Assembly (NCBI GenBank): GCA_963743775.1
Contig: CAVURA010000012.1
Location: 100,340 to 164,339, forward strand
Direction: 5' to 3'
Length of the DNA: 64,000 bases
Source: an uncultured Bacteroidales bacterium
GTDB lineage: Bacteria > Bacteroidota > Bacteroidia > Bacteroidales > VadinHA17
This document shows, piece after piece, positions 11,130 to 20,610 of this stretch (position 1 is the stretch's first letter; each line of letters opens with the position of its first letter). Made by a program: the position numbers and the translations under genes. The notes beneath the pieces were generated by a model. It had not been told where the DNA came from. It saw nothing but the letters and a program-made list of their open reading frames with translations, and did not search any database.

Positions 11130-13955
11130 GAATACAGCATTGATGAACAGTCTGTTTTCTGCCGGTATATAACCGCCACTTGCTCCTGCGCTCATCTCAA
11201 ACGGAAGTCTCAGCAGATAAAAATCAGCAAGAAGCTCGGCACCAAAAGAACCGAAGTCTGTAGAACCACGGGTTAATTTATTTGCCGCGTAATCATAAGT
11301 TTCCCAGCCTGTTGAACCATCAAAAAAGAGTGATCCCCTGACGCGTTTCAGGTAAAGGAGACTCCCGGCAGTAAGGTCCGGGTAAAAAAGCGGCATTGTA
11401 TAATCTGCTGAAAAAGAGAAGAGCTTTTCTGAAATCAGGTTGTCTCCGTAACCCCTGGGATAGGCAATGTTATTTCTGTACAGCATTTCGCGGACGGGCT
11501 TCTGATTCTCGTAGCCGGCACTCAGCACCAAACTGTGGCTTGTAAAAAAGCCGGGAAAAAACAATATTCCTCTGGCATATCTCCTGCTGCCATAGAGATC
11601 ATTGTCCCACGGCGCTGCGGTGAACCTGAGATCAATGACCTGACCCCAGCGCGGGTTGATATCCCTGTAAGCAGTCCTGAAGGTGTTTGAAAGATAAAGC
11701 CGTCCGGTGAGAAGGACAACACCCTTGTCATATTCATTCTCATCAGAAAGGTAAGTGTACCTGTTACTGTAGTTCAGATAAAGTGCCGGCATAAAGAGCT
11801 GCCTGAACTTTCCGTGCGCGAACCAGAACTGATCATAAATGCTGGTATTCAGGATCATATCGCCACTGATATCAGAGGGATCCGGTATTGCTGAAGAATC
11901 TTTGGTGACGATCTGTTTCCCTCCGTAGGTAATATCTGCTTCAATTACAGGATACCATCCCTTCCACTTAATGCCCGAATGAAAGTAATGACTGCCGTCT
12001 GAATACTCATATCCGATGGAAGAGACCAGCGTGCTGAGATGATTTTGCGACATTATTGTCACGCCGGGCTTAATAGTTGAAGGATCTGTCTGTATTTCAT
12101 CGATATCGCCGTAGAACGGGAACCAGCTGTGGAAGTTCAGGAGGTGCCCTGCTTTGCTGTACGGTTTTGCCTCATATGATTCCGGTTCCGGTAACAATTC
12201 ATCACCAGCCCTGGAAGGCAGCGGAGCAACGGCGGGAATGACATTCTTCATTGAGCCGGTCACTGGTCCGGCAGAGGCCATACGGCTCGTTGAGGCGATA
12301 TTAAAGCCATCTGTGCTGTAATCTGAAAATAACAATTCGCCACCTGTAACGGAGAAGCCTGATATGCCGAAGCGTGCGCCTGTAACGCGGCTGAGGGCTG
12401 TGTCGTTTGACATCCTGTAAATATTATCAGAGCCGTCTCCCTGTGCAAGGAAGTACAGGGTGTCATTTACAATCTCTGCCTGGATGATGTCCGTAACAGT
12501 TTCAGGCCTGTTCACAACCCATTTTTTACCCGTGGGATGATATGTCCTTATCCCTTCTCCTTCAGCGCTGAGAGTGACAACGGTGACAGACTTGCCGTCA
12601 GATGACCAGGCCGGTCGCTGTATAATCAGGTTACCAGGTATGCTGACATCCATAAGCGTTTCTCCGCTGACAGCATCAAGGAATATCAATGAATACCGGA
12701 ATTCGGGGGTGGTTGAAACGGCAACTATTGTCCTTCCGTCAGGAGAAAGGTCGGGAGCAGTATAACGGGTGCGGAATGTAAGCTGTGTAACCGGACCGCC
12801 GCCGGCACTCATCTTCTTAATCACCGAATAATCCCTGTTATCCCATCTCGGATCAGGGAAGGTTTCCGACCATACTAAAGTGCTGTCAGAATATGAAAAA
12901 ATATAAGGATATATATATCCGGTGGTGGTCAGGACATGTTCTGTCCCATCACTCTCATCAGTGATCACAAAGCGTGAAGGCCGTTCCAGGGAGGTCTTCA
13001 GTGAGACAATTCTGTTGCTGTCGATCCTTTGAGGCATGTAATGGCTGACATGATTTTTCTTCTCCCTGAGGTTAATTGCAGGATAACTGATAGCGGTCAT
13101 CGCTGCTCTGTCATTCCACATTTCAGCGAGATAATAAAAAGTCGAATCGTAGAGCTTTTTCTTTGTCAGTCCCGTCTCTTTCCTGAGACTGTAATTGACA
13201 GGGTTAAATGGGTAGCCCGAGGATACCTTTTTGATGGCGTTGCTCCATGTCTCACCGCCCATGCTGCGCAGGTTGTTCATCATCAGGTAGCCGAAGACAT
13301 AATGGTTCGGGGTAAAATCTTTGTATGATCCGTCTATCATTTTGTCATACCCGTAAATACCGCCGGGACTGGCGACGAGGGCCCTTGCCCCCTGAGTGAA
13401 GGCGTTGCTGCGCCCCCTTCCTGAAAGTCCGGTGACTGTCTCCGCATAGACAGCGTCACCTTCAAAAGCCCACTGGGGTATCTCGAGGGCACTAAGTCCC
13501 ACCGCCTGCTCCCCCAGGATATAACCCAGTGCTTTACCAAAACCCTTCCTGTTAAGTGACGACAGCTGCAGCACATGTGTCGTTTCATGGACGGCAAGCT
13601 GTTTCGCGGGATCCATCGGAAGATTGTCCTGCCCCGGCAGCGGAAAGAGCTCCATGCGATGCGGAGCCCAGCTGACATAGCCGTTTGACTGCATCGAATA
13701 ATTATGGATGATTACAGGCATATGCGTCTTTGCCAGGGGATAAAGAACAGAGAGCTCATTGTATGACTCTTCGAGCAACCGTGCATATTTCTGGGCTTCA
13801 GCACCAAAATTATCGGGGAAAATCACCCGAAAATGAGGCGTTTGTATCTGCTGCCATCGCAGGGAAGCCGGATCCTGTCCCGTTTCATAATACTGCGCCC
13901 CCGCTCTGACCAGCGGCACCAGGCACAGCAAAAGCATCATCAGCCTCCTTATCAT
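11088..13955 (-). CDS. Exported outer-membrane protein: gluzincin peptidase domain + TolB-like propeller + probable C-terminal beta-barrel (Omp85-like)
   Basis: Signal peptide, HETTH...WAFEGDA zinc motif, PDLSPDG/PAWSSDG repeats, aromatic beta-strand C-terminus; probable ATG 13955 after TATTTTTG (13971-13978, minus strand). Confidence 0.7.
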   Translation of the reverse strand: MIRRLMMLLLCLVPLVRAGAQYYETGQDPASLRWQQIQTPHFRVIFPDNFGAEAQKYARLLEESYNELSVLYPLAKTHMPVIIHNYSMQSNGYVSWAPHRMELFPLPGQDNLPMDPAKQLAVHETTHVLQLSSLNRKGFGKALGYILGEQAVGLSALEIPQWAFEGDAVYAETVTGLSGRGRSNAFTQGARALVASPGGIYGYDKMIDGSYKDFTPNHYVFGYLMMNNLRSMGGETWSNAIKKVSSGYPFNPVNYSLRKETGLTKKKLYDSTFYYLAEMWNDRAAMTAISYPAINLREKKNHVSHYMPQRIDSNRIVSLKTSLERPSRFVITDESDGTEHVLTTTGYIYPYIFSYSDSTLVWSETFPDPRWDNRDYSVIKKMSAGGGPVTQLTFRTRYTAPDLSPDGRTIVAVSTTPEFRYSLIFLDAVSGETLMDVSIPGNLIIQRPAWSSDGKSVTVVTLSAEGEGIRTYHPTGKKWVVNRPETVTDIIQAEIVNDTLYFLAQGDGSDNIYRMSNDTALSRVTGARFGISGFSVTGGELLFSDYSTDGFNIASTSRMASAGPVTGSMKNVIPAVAPLPSRAGDELLPEPESYEAKPYSKAGHLLNFHSWFPFYGDIDEIQTDPSTIKPGVTIMSQNHLSTLVSSIGYEYSDGSHYFHSGIKWKGWYPVIEADITYGGKQIVTKDSSAIPDPSDISGDMILNTSIYDQFWFAHGKFRQLFMPALYLNYSNRYTYLSDENEYDKGVVLLTGRLYLSNTFRTAYRDINPRWGQVIDLRFTAAPWDNDLYGSRRYARGILFFPGFFTSHSLVLSAGYENQKPVREMLYRNNIAYPRGYGDNLISEKLFSFSADYTMPLFYPDLTAGSLLYLKRVRGSLFFDGSTGWETYDYAANKLTRGSTDFGSFGAELLADFYLLRLPFEMSAGASGGYIPAENRLFINAVFSVNVYGTTLGRKR

Positions 13956-14062
13956 ACATGTCAGTTTGGCCAAAAATACCAAAATTGGCCGATATCTTCC
14001 GTTGCACCATAAAATCTTATTATTTTCGTGCGGTGGAAACCCGGAAAAGTAAATATGCAGTT

Positions 14063-17000
14063 ATGATAAAAAAATTCAGGCTTTGGGATAACATCCTCGG
14101 GTGGTTAGTCTTCGCCATAGCAGCGGTGACTTACCTTCTTACAATAGAGCCCACAACAAGCCTGTGGGACTGCGGAGAGTTCATTTCTTCAGCGTTCAAG
14201 CTTGAAGTTGGGCACCCTCCCGGAGCACCATTCTTCATGCTCCTTGCCAGGTTCTTTGCCAATTTCGCCGGCGGCGATGTCTCAAAAGTAGCCATGATGG
14301 TCAACGCCATGTCAGGCCTGGCCAGCGCCCTGACGATACTTTTTCTCTTCTGGACCATCACCCACCTTGCCCGGAGGATCATGCTGAAACAGGAGTCTGA
14401 CTACACCGCCGGCAGGGTAATAGCTGTGCTGGGGGCAGGACTGACAGGAGCTCTTGCGTATGCCTTCTCCGATACGTTCTGGTTTTCAGCTGTGGAGGGC
14501 GAGGTCTATGCCACCTCGTCACTCTTTACCGCTGCTGTTTTCTGGGCCATCCTCAGGTGGGAAGATGTTGCAGACGAACCTCATGCGGATAAATGGATCA
14601 TTCTTATAGCCTTTATGATGGGCTGCTCTTTAGGAGTGCATCTGCTGAACCTTCTGGCTATACCTGCTATTGTATGCTTATATTACTTCCGTAAATATGA
14701 GTTTTCATGGAAGGGGCTGGCTTTATCGCTGGCAGTATCTTTAATGCTGGTGGTACTGATAATGTACGGCATCATACCCGGTATCTTCATGATCACCTCG
14801 CGCTTTGAACTGTTCTTTGTCAACAGTTTAGGTATGCCTTTCAACAGCGGGATGTACATACATCTTATCCTGCTTATTACCGCCCTGATCCTCTCTGTAT
14901 GGTATACCTTTTCACACGAAAACGGCAGGAAGGGTTTCATACTGGCAGCAGTGACACTTCTCCTGTCGGGTATATGGCTGCTGACCCATTCGCTGGTGTT
15001 TAATATTATTATCCTTGCCGGCATCATCTATGTTGTATATTACCTGGCAACACATAACAGGGTGGCGCTGAACACCGTGATGACTTCCATCCTGGTGATC
15101 ATTATCGGATATTCATCCTTTGCCACCATCGTCATCAGGTCGACGGCAGAAACACCCATGAACGAGAATGACCCGTCGAACCCCTTTGCCCTGCTTTATT
15201 TTCTTAACCGTGAGCAGTACGGGCAGCGTCCGCTCTTTTACGGGCCATATTATAACGCTCCCGTGACGGATTACGTAAAAGGCAAACCGACATATAATCC
15301 TGTCGAAGGCAAGTACAAGATCACCAACCGTGAGACGGTGAGGAAGTATGATGAAAGGTTCATGACGCTCCTGCCCAGGATGTGGAATGATCAGGCTGAA
15401 TATGTGAAGGTCTATGAAGAATATGTCGGTAAGAAAGGCAAGCCGGTGCGGATCAATGATCCCCAGACCGGAGAGCCAACCATCGTACGTATACCTACCT
15501 TCGGACAGAACCTGTCGTTCATGTTCAACTACCAGTTCGGCTTCATGTATTTCCGGTATTTCATGTGGAACTTCAGCGGACGGCAGAATGACGTTCAGAG
15601 TTACGGAGGCACTATCAACGGCAACTGGATCACAGGCCTTAATTTCCTTGATGCGCCGCGCCTTGGCACCGTGGACAACATGCCCGATGACATGAAAAAT
15701 GATCCATCGCGCAACAGGTATTTCCTGCTTCCGCTGTTGCTGGGTCTTGTGGGCTTCCTGTGGCATTTTAACCGTGATGTGCGTAACTGGTGGATAGTGC
15801 TATTGCTTTTTATAATGACAGGCATTGCCATCGTGGTCTACCTGAACCAGTATCCTAACCAGCCGAGGGAGCGTGATTATGCCTATGCGGCCTCCTTCTA
15901 TGCCTTCACCATATGGATAGGGCTGGGGGTGCTTGCACTCTTTGAGCTCCTGAGAAAACTGGCAGGAGAAAAGGCCGGCGCTGTTGCTGCTTCACTGATA
16001 GCCCTGGCTGCCGTACCTGTGCTCATGGCTTCAGAAAACTATGATGATCATGACAGGTCGGGGAGATACCTCGCACGCGATGTGGCATTTAATTATCTCA
16101 ACACATGCGCACCCCAGGCAATAATATTCACCAACGGCGACAATGACACCTTCCCGCTGTGGTATGCACAGGAGGTAGAGGGTATCAGGACTGACGTACG
16201 AGTCTGTAACCTGATGCTGCTGAATACCGACTGGTATATTGACCAGATGAAGATGCAGGCCTACACCTCCCAGCCCCTGCCTGTGAGCCTGCCGAAGAAG
16301 CTTTATTATGACGGGGTGAATAATCAGGTTGCAGTATATGAAAGGGTTAAGGAGCCGGCGACGGCAAAGGAAGTGATCAACTTCATCAACAGCGACAACG
16401 ACGTCTCGAAGCTGACTCTCTACGGCGAAGAGATCTATTATATTCCCACCCGCACTGTACGAATACCGGTTGATGCGGCAAAGGTCATCGCAAACGGCAC
16501 CGTCAGGCCCGAGGATGCTGATAAGATTGTTCCTTATATTGATATCAAACTTAACGGGTCATGGATACTCAAGAGCCAGCTGATGGTGCTTGACATCCTT
16601 GCCAACAACGACTGGGACAGGCCTATATATTTTGTTACAGGGTATCATAATGACGCCCTTGGCCTTGAGGAGTATTTCCAGCTTGAAGGACTGGCTTACC
16701 GCCTGGTGCCGATAAAAAGCGAAAACAAGAGCTGGTTTGAATATGGCCGGACAGATGTGGATATCCTCAATGACAACCTTATGAACAAGTTTCTCTGGAG
16801 AGGTGCCAATGACCCGGATGTCTGGATCGATTACTACCACAAGCGCACCATCACTGTTGTCAGGGCACGGCTTATCTATACCAGGCTGGCCAATGAACTG
16901 TCTGCCAAAGGAGACACGACAAGAGCCAACGAGGTCCTTGAGAGGTGCATGGAGGTACTGCCGGTTTCGAATCTTGGTTATGACATCTATTGCTCAGATA

Positions 17001-17269
17001 TCATTTCGGCCTGGTTTAAGGCCGGTAACAAGGAAAAGGCGGTCTCGATGACGAAGGAGCTGACTGATTACTATCTTGAGCATACAGGCTACTGGCTTGG
17101 ACAGAAACCGCTCATTGCCACCTATGCTGATCAGGAGATAGCCCAGGGTCTGCAGATAGTGTCACAGGTGATGCAGATATGCTACAATAATGGAGAAACT
17201 GCGCTTGCCGAAGAACTTAACGGCAGGTTCAGCGAGATGTATACAAAATATGTCTCATTGAAACAATAA
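14063..17269 (+). CDS. DUF2723 / TMEM260-like polytopic GT-C glycosyltransferase
   Basis: SLWDCGEFI..LEVGHPPGAP, AVEGEVY, RERDYAY, NGDNDTFPLWY motifs; probable ATG at 14063. Confidence 0.88.
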   Translation: MIKKFRLWDNILGWLVFAIAAVTYLLTIEPTTSLWDCGEFISSAFKLEVGHPPGAPFFMLLARFFANFAGGDVSKVAMMVNAMSGLASALTILFLFWTITHLARRIMLKQESDYTAGRVIAVLGAGLTGALAYAFSDTFWFSAVEGEVYATSSLFTAAVFWAILRWEDVADEPHADKWIILIAFMMGCSLGVHLLNLLAIPAIVCLYYFRKYEFSWKGLALSLAVSLMLVVLIMYGIIPGIFMITSRFELFFVNSLGMPFNSGMYIHLILLITALILSVWYTFSHENGRKGFILAAVTLLLSGIWLLTHSLVFNIIILAGIIYVVYYLATHNRVALNTVMTSILVIIIGYSSFATIVIRSTAETPMNENDPSNPFALLYFLNREQYGQRPLFYGPYYNAPVTDYVKGKPTYNPVEGKYKITNRETVRKYDERFMTLLPRMWNDQAEYVKVYEEYVGKKGKPVRINDPQTGEPTIVRIPTFGQNLSFMFNYQFGFMYFRYFMWNFSGRQNDVQSYGGTINGNWITGLNFLDAPRLGTVDNMPDDMKNDPSRNRYFLLPLLLGLVGFLWHFNRDVRNWWIVLLLFIMTGIAIVVYLNQYPNQPRERDYAYAASFYAFTIWIGLGVLALFELLRKLAGEKAGAVAASLIALAAVPVLMASENYDDHDRSGRYLARDVAFNYLNTCAPQAIIFTNGDNDTFPLWYAQEVEGIRTDVRVCNLMLLNTDWYIDQMKMQAYTSQPLPVSLPKKLYYDGVNNQVAVYERVKEPATAKEVINFINSDNDVSKLTLYGEEIYYIPTRTVRIPVDAAKVIANGTVRPEDADKIVPYIDIKLNGSWILKSQLMVLDILANNDWDRPIYFVTGYHNDALGLEEYFQLEGLAYRLVPIKSENKSWFEYGRTDVDILNDNLMNKFLWRGANDPDVWIDYYHKRTITVVRARLIYTRLANELSAKGDTTRANEVLERCMEVLPVSNLGYDIYCSDIISAWFKAGNKEKAVSMTKELTDYYLEHTGYWLGQKPLIATYADQEIAQGLQIVSQVMQICYNNGETALAEELNGRFSEMYTKYVSLKQ

Positions 17270-17328
17270 TTGCCGGCTGACACCGGCAACTGTTACTTGC
17301 TCCATGCCCCCTGCTCCAAGCTGATTGC

Positions 17329-17354
17329 TTTTTGCCGGTCCATGCCGGCAAAAA
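17329..17354. terminator. Bidirectional intrinsic terminator between convergent genes
   Basis: TTTTTGCCGG-TCCATG-CCGGCAAAAA; a second TTGCCGG..CCGGCAA hairpin at about 17270-17289. Confidence 0.75.
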
Positions 17355-17355
17355 A

Positions 17356-17760
17356 TTAGTCGTTGATCTGGTATGCCGGCCTCGGGGCGAGGTACTTCTC
17401 CAGGATCATGTGGATCTTGTCGGGGAAGATCGGCTTGAGGTTATATTCAGTGCATCCTGCAATATATGCCTCATTCTTTGTCTGTTCGGAATAATAAGCC
17501 GTAACCAGGATAACGGGTGCTGAACGGTTTACCTGACGGAAAGCCCTGGTGCAGTCAATGCCGTTAACCAGCGGCACAAGAAAATCCATGAAAACCAAGT
17601 CATAGACAGCCTTGCCTGAAGTGACACTTTCGACGAATTCCTTTCCGTTGCGGAAAACGTCTACTGTTGCTCCGGTTTCCCGCAGCAGCGTTTCATAATA
17701 CTTCAGTGATGCAATGTCGTCTTCGACGATCGCAATTCTTTTTCCAGTGATATCCAGCAT
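17356..17760 (-). CDS. Single-domain response regulator (CheY-like)
   Basis: IAIVEDD, LVFMD, NG, VTA, LKP receiver motifs; probable ATG 17760. Confidence 0.88.
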   Translation of the reverse strand: MLDITGKRIAIVEDDIASLKYYETLLRETGATVDVFRNGKEFVESVTSGKAVYDLVFMDFLVPLVNGIDCTRAFRQVNRSAPVILVTAYYSEQTKNEAYIAGCTEYNLKPIFPDKIHMILEKYLAPRPAYQIND

Positions 17761-17941
17761 TTCGTATAAATTGAATCCGGGGATTAGTATTCCGAAATCA
17801 ACAAAATATTCCCCGGCGAGAGTAAACAAGATTAGACATTTTATTTAACAAAGACAATCGTGCTGCTAAATTCTTAACAACAATTTTTAAACAAAAAAAC
17901 AGGGTGTTAATAACTTCCGGAGAGGGAGCGTAAGAGGCTGA

Positions 17942-18178
17942 TTAATTGCACTCCCACTTGTGTGTTACCTGCCGGAGGTCTCAGGCGGTGTTGTCTTGAT
18001 TTTAAAAAGGTCATCACCACAGTAACTCTGACTCGGGGCCATATGCATAAGGATTACCATTTTCGTAAGACACAATCTGGCAAATCGCACAATTATCTCC
18101 CAGCATATCACACGAAGTGAATGTACAGGCAATCAGTAGCAGACCGGCAGCATAAGCAAGCTTCCTTCTCATCTTCAT
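17942..18178 (-). pseudogene. Small Cys-rich lipoprotein gene broken by two compensating indels (pseudogene or sequencing error)
   Basis: Lipobox FTSC and CAIC; a shift near 18024 gives YCGDDLFKIKTTPPETSG and return to the original frame near 17970 gives VTHKWECN-stop; promoter TACCTTTG at 18191-18198 (minus). Confidence 0.6.
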
Positions 18179-18286
18179 CAGAATTTGGGGCAAAGGTAAA
18201 AAAATTGACACAGCGCGGCGATGCAGCATTTTTATTAAATTAGAGTCATTAATCTGTAAACGCAAAATAACCTAAATCAGTATACC

Positions 18287-18721
18287 ATGGAAGAGAACAG
18301 TATCCCGCAGGGGAACACAACCGTTGAGGAGAGCAGAATGAGAAAACATATTCATGTCGCTGCAATTCTTCAGATAGTATTCGGGTCACTGATCGTCATC
18401 GCTGGCCTTGCCATTGCCTTTGCCTTCGGCCTTGCCGATCAGTTTGTTGATGACCCCACCGCCCTGAAGGTGCTGGCTATAGTCGGCACTCCCCTGATTG
18501 TCATGTTCCTGCTTTTCGGCGGAGCTATGATAGCCGGGGGCGTAGGGTTATTGTCATGCAAGTCATGGGCCAGGATACTGACCCTGATAATGGCAGCACT
18601 GGGTCTGCTTAACATACCCATCGGAACGCTCAAGGGTGTTTATATCATCTGGGTGCTCGTGCAGCAGGAGACCATTTCCCTTTTTGAAAAAGGCTGCCCC
18701 GGGGACTCTGTGACACAATAA
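18287..18721 (+). CDS. Hypothetical membrane protein
   Basis: 3-4 TM helices, WAR and NIPIGT..GVY motifs. Confidence 0.75.
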   Translation: MEENSIPQGNTTVEESRMRKHIHVAAILQIVFGSLIVIAGLAIAFAFGLADQFVDDPTALKVLAIVGTPLIVMFLLFGGAMIAGGVGLLSCKSWARILTLIMAALGLLNIPIGTLKGVYIIWVLVQQETISLFEKGCPGDSVTQ

Positions 18722-18784
18722 AGAAACTTAATATTTCTGCCGCAGGCAAAATGATTATTTTTGTCGTCAGTAACCGGATGAATT

Positions 18785-20467
18785 ATGGCTGACGACAAGA
18801 AGATCATTTTTTCAATGTTCAGGGTAAGCAAAAGCTACCCTCCTCACAGACAGGTTTTAAAAGATATTTCACTCTCCTTTTTTCTGGGGGCCAAGATTGG
18901 TATTATCGGTCTCAACGGCTCCGGAAAATCGACGCTTCTGAAAATCATTGCAGGCCTTGAGAAGGAATATCAGGGTGAAGTGGTATTCTCTCCCGGTTAT
19001 ACGGTGGGCCATATGTCGCAGGATCCGCTGATGGATGATAAACGCACTGTGCGTGAGATAGTCGAAGAAGGTGCCGCCAGCGTGGTGGCAGTTCTGAAGG
19101 AATATGAAGACATTAACCTGCGTTTTGGTGAGCCCGAGGTTTACGAAAACCCTGACGTCATGGAGAAACTGATGAACCGTCAGGCAGAGCTGCAGGAGAA
19201 GATTGAGGCTCTTGACGGCTGGAACCTCGAACACCGCCTTGAACGTGCCATGGATGCCCTTCAGTGTCCTGACCCGTCAACACCAGTCAATATCCTTTCC
19301 GGAGGCGAGCGCCGCAGGGTGGCATTATGCCGCCTGCTACTCCTTGAACCAGATGTTCTTCTTCTCGATGAGCCAACGAACCACCTCGACGCTGAGAGCG
19401 TGCAGTGGCTCGAGACCCACCTGAAGCAGTATAAGGGCACTGTCATATGCATAACACACGACAGGTATTTCCTGGACAATGTTGCAGGATGGATACTAGA
19501 GCTCGACCGCGGCGAGGGTATACCGTGGAAGGGAAATTATACATCGTGGCTTGAGCAAAAGACAAAACGGCTTGAGCTCGAAGAAAAGGGGAATGTCAAA
19601 CGACGCAAGACGCTGGAACATGAACTTGAATGGGTGAGGATGTCGCCAAAGGCAAGACGCGCCAAGTCAAAGGCACGCCTAAGTGCTTACGAGAGCCTCC
19701 TTAACCAGGATGTGAAGCAAAAAGAGGACAAGCTTGAGATTTTTATTCCCAACGGTCCAAGACTGGGCGATAAGGTAATAAAGGCGAAGGGTGTTTCAAA
19801 AGGCTTCGGCGAAAAGATACTGTTTGAAGATCTTGAGTTTAACCTTCCGCCCAACGGCATTGTGGGGGTCATCGGGCCCAACGGCGCCGGCAAGACAACG
19901 CTCTTTCGCATGATCATGGGCCAGGAAAAGGTGGACAAAGGCACTTTCGAAGTGGGCGGCACAGTGACCCTGGGATATGTTGATCAGGCTCACGCAGACA
20001 TCGACCTGAAAAAAAGCGTTTACGAGGTGATCTCAGGAGGGCTCGATGAGGTTATGGTCGGCAACAGGCCTGTCAATGCAAGGGCTTATGCCGCCCGGTT
20101 CAACTTCACCGGCGCTGACCAGGAAAAGAAATGCGGCGTTCTCTCCGGCGGCGAGAGGAACAGGCTGCACCTGGCGCTGACATTAAAGAGCGGAGCCAAC
20201 GTGCTGCTGCTTGATGAACCGACAAATGACATCGATGTCAACACACTTCGTGCACTGGAAGAAGGACTTGAAAATTTCGCCGGTTGTGCGGTGATCATCT
20301 CCCACGACCGATGGTTCCTTGACCGCGTTGCAACACATATCCTCGCCTTCGAGGGCGATTCAAAAGTGGTATGGTTTGAGGGCGACTTCTCGGAATATGA
20401 TGAGAACTACCGTAAACGCACGGCTGACACAGGTCCTGTCAGGATGAAATACAAAAGGCTGGCCTGA
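18785..20467 (+). CDS. ettA: Energy-dependent translational throttle ABC-F protein
   Basis: Two ABC domains; DISLSFF.GAKIG, ELDRGEGIPWKGNY, ELEWVR motifs. Confidence 0.95.
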   Translation: MADDKKIIFSMFRVSKSYPPHRQVLKDISLSFFLGAKIGIIGLNGSGKSTLLKIIAGLEKEYQGEVVFSPGYTVGHMSQDPLMDDKRTVREIVEEGAASVVAVLKEYEDINLRFGEPEVYENPDVMEKLMNRQAELQEKIEALDGWNLEHRLERAMDALQCPDPSTPVNILSGGERRRVALCRLLLLEPDVLLLDEPTNHLDAESVQWLETHLKQYKGTVICITHDRYFLDNVAGWILELDRGEGIPWKGNYTSWLEQKTKRLELEEKGNVKRRKTLEHELEWVRMSPKARRAKSKARLSAYESLLNQDVKQKEDKLEIFIPNGPRLGDKVIKAKGVSKGFGEKILFEDLEFNLPPNGIVGVIGPNGAGKTTLFRMIMGQEKVDKGTFEVGGTVTLGYVDQAHADIDLKKSVYEVISGGLDEVMVGNRPVNARAYAARFNFTGADQEKKCGVLSGGERNRLHLALTLKSGANVLLLDEPTNDIDVNTLRALEEGLENFAGCAVIISHDRWFLDRVATHILAFEGDSKVVWFEGDFSEYDENYRKRTADTGPVRMKYKRLA

Positions 20468-20610
20468 GCAAAGCTAAAATTGCCGGGGAAATATCATATT
20501 AGTCATACTTCTGTTACTGTGAATTAAAAAACAGTATTTTCGTTTTTGCCCGGAAACTGACGATCTGATCGATCCATATATTCACAACACACAGAAATAC
20601 AGTTTAATAG

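Noticed and set aside
17942-18016. TGA recoding in the small lipoprotein gene
   Set aside because: The same frame also contains TAA; two compensating indels explain the sequence better.
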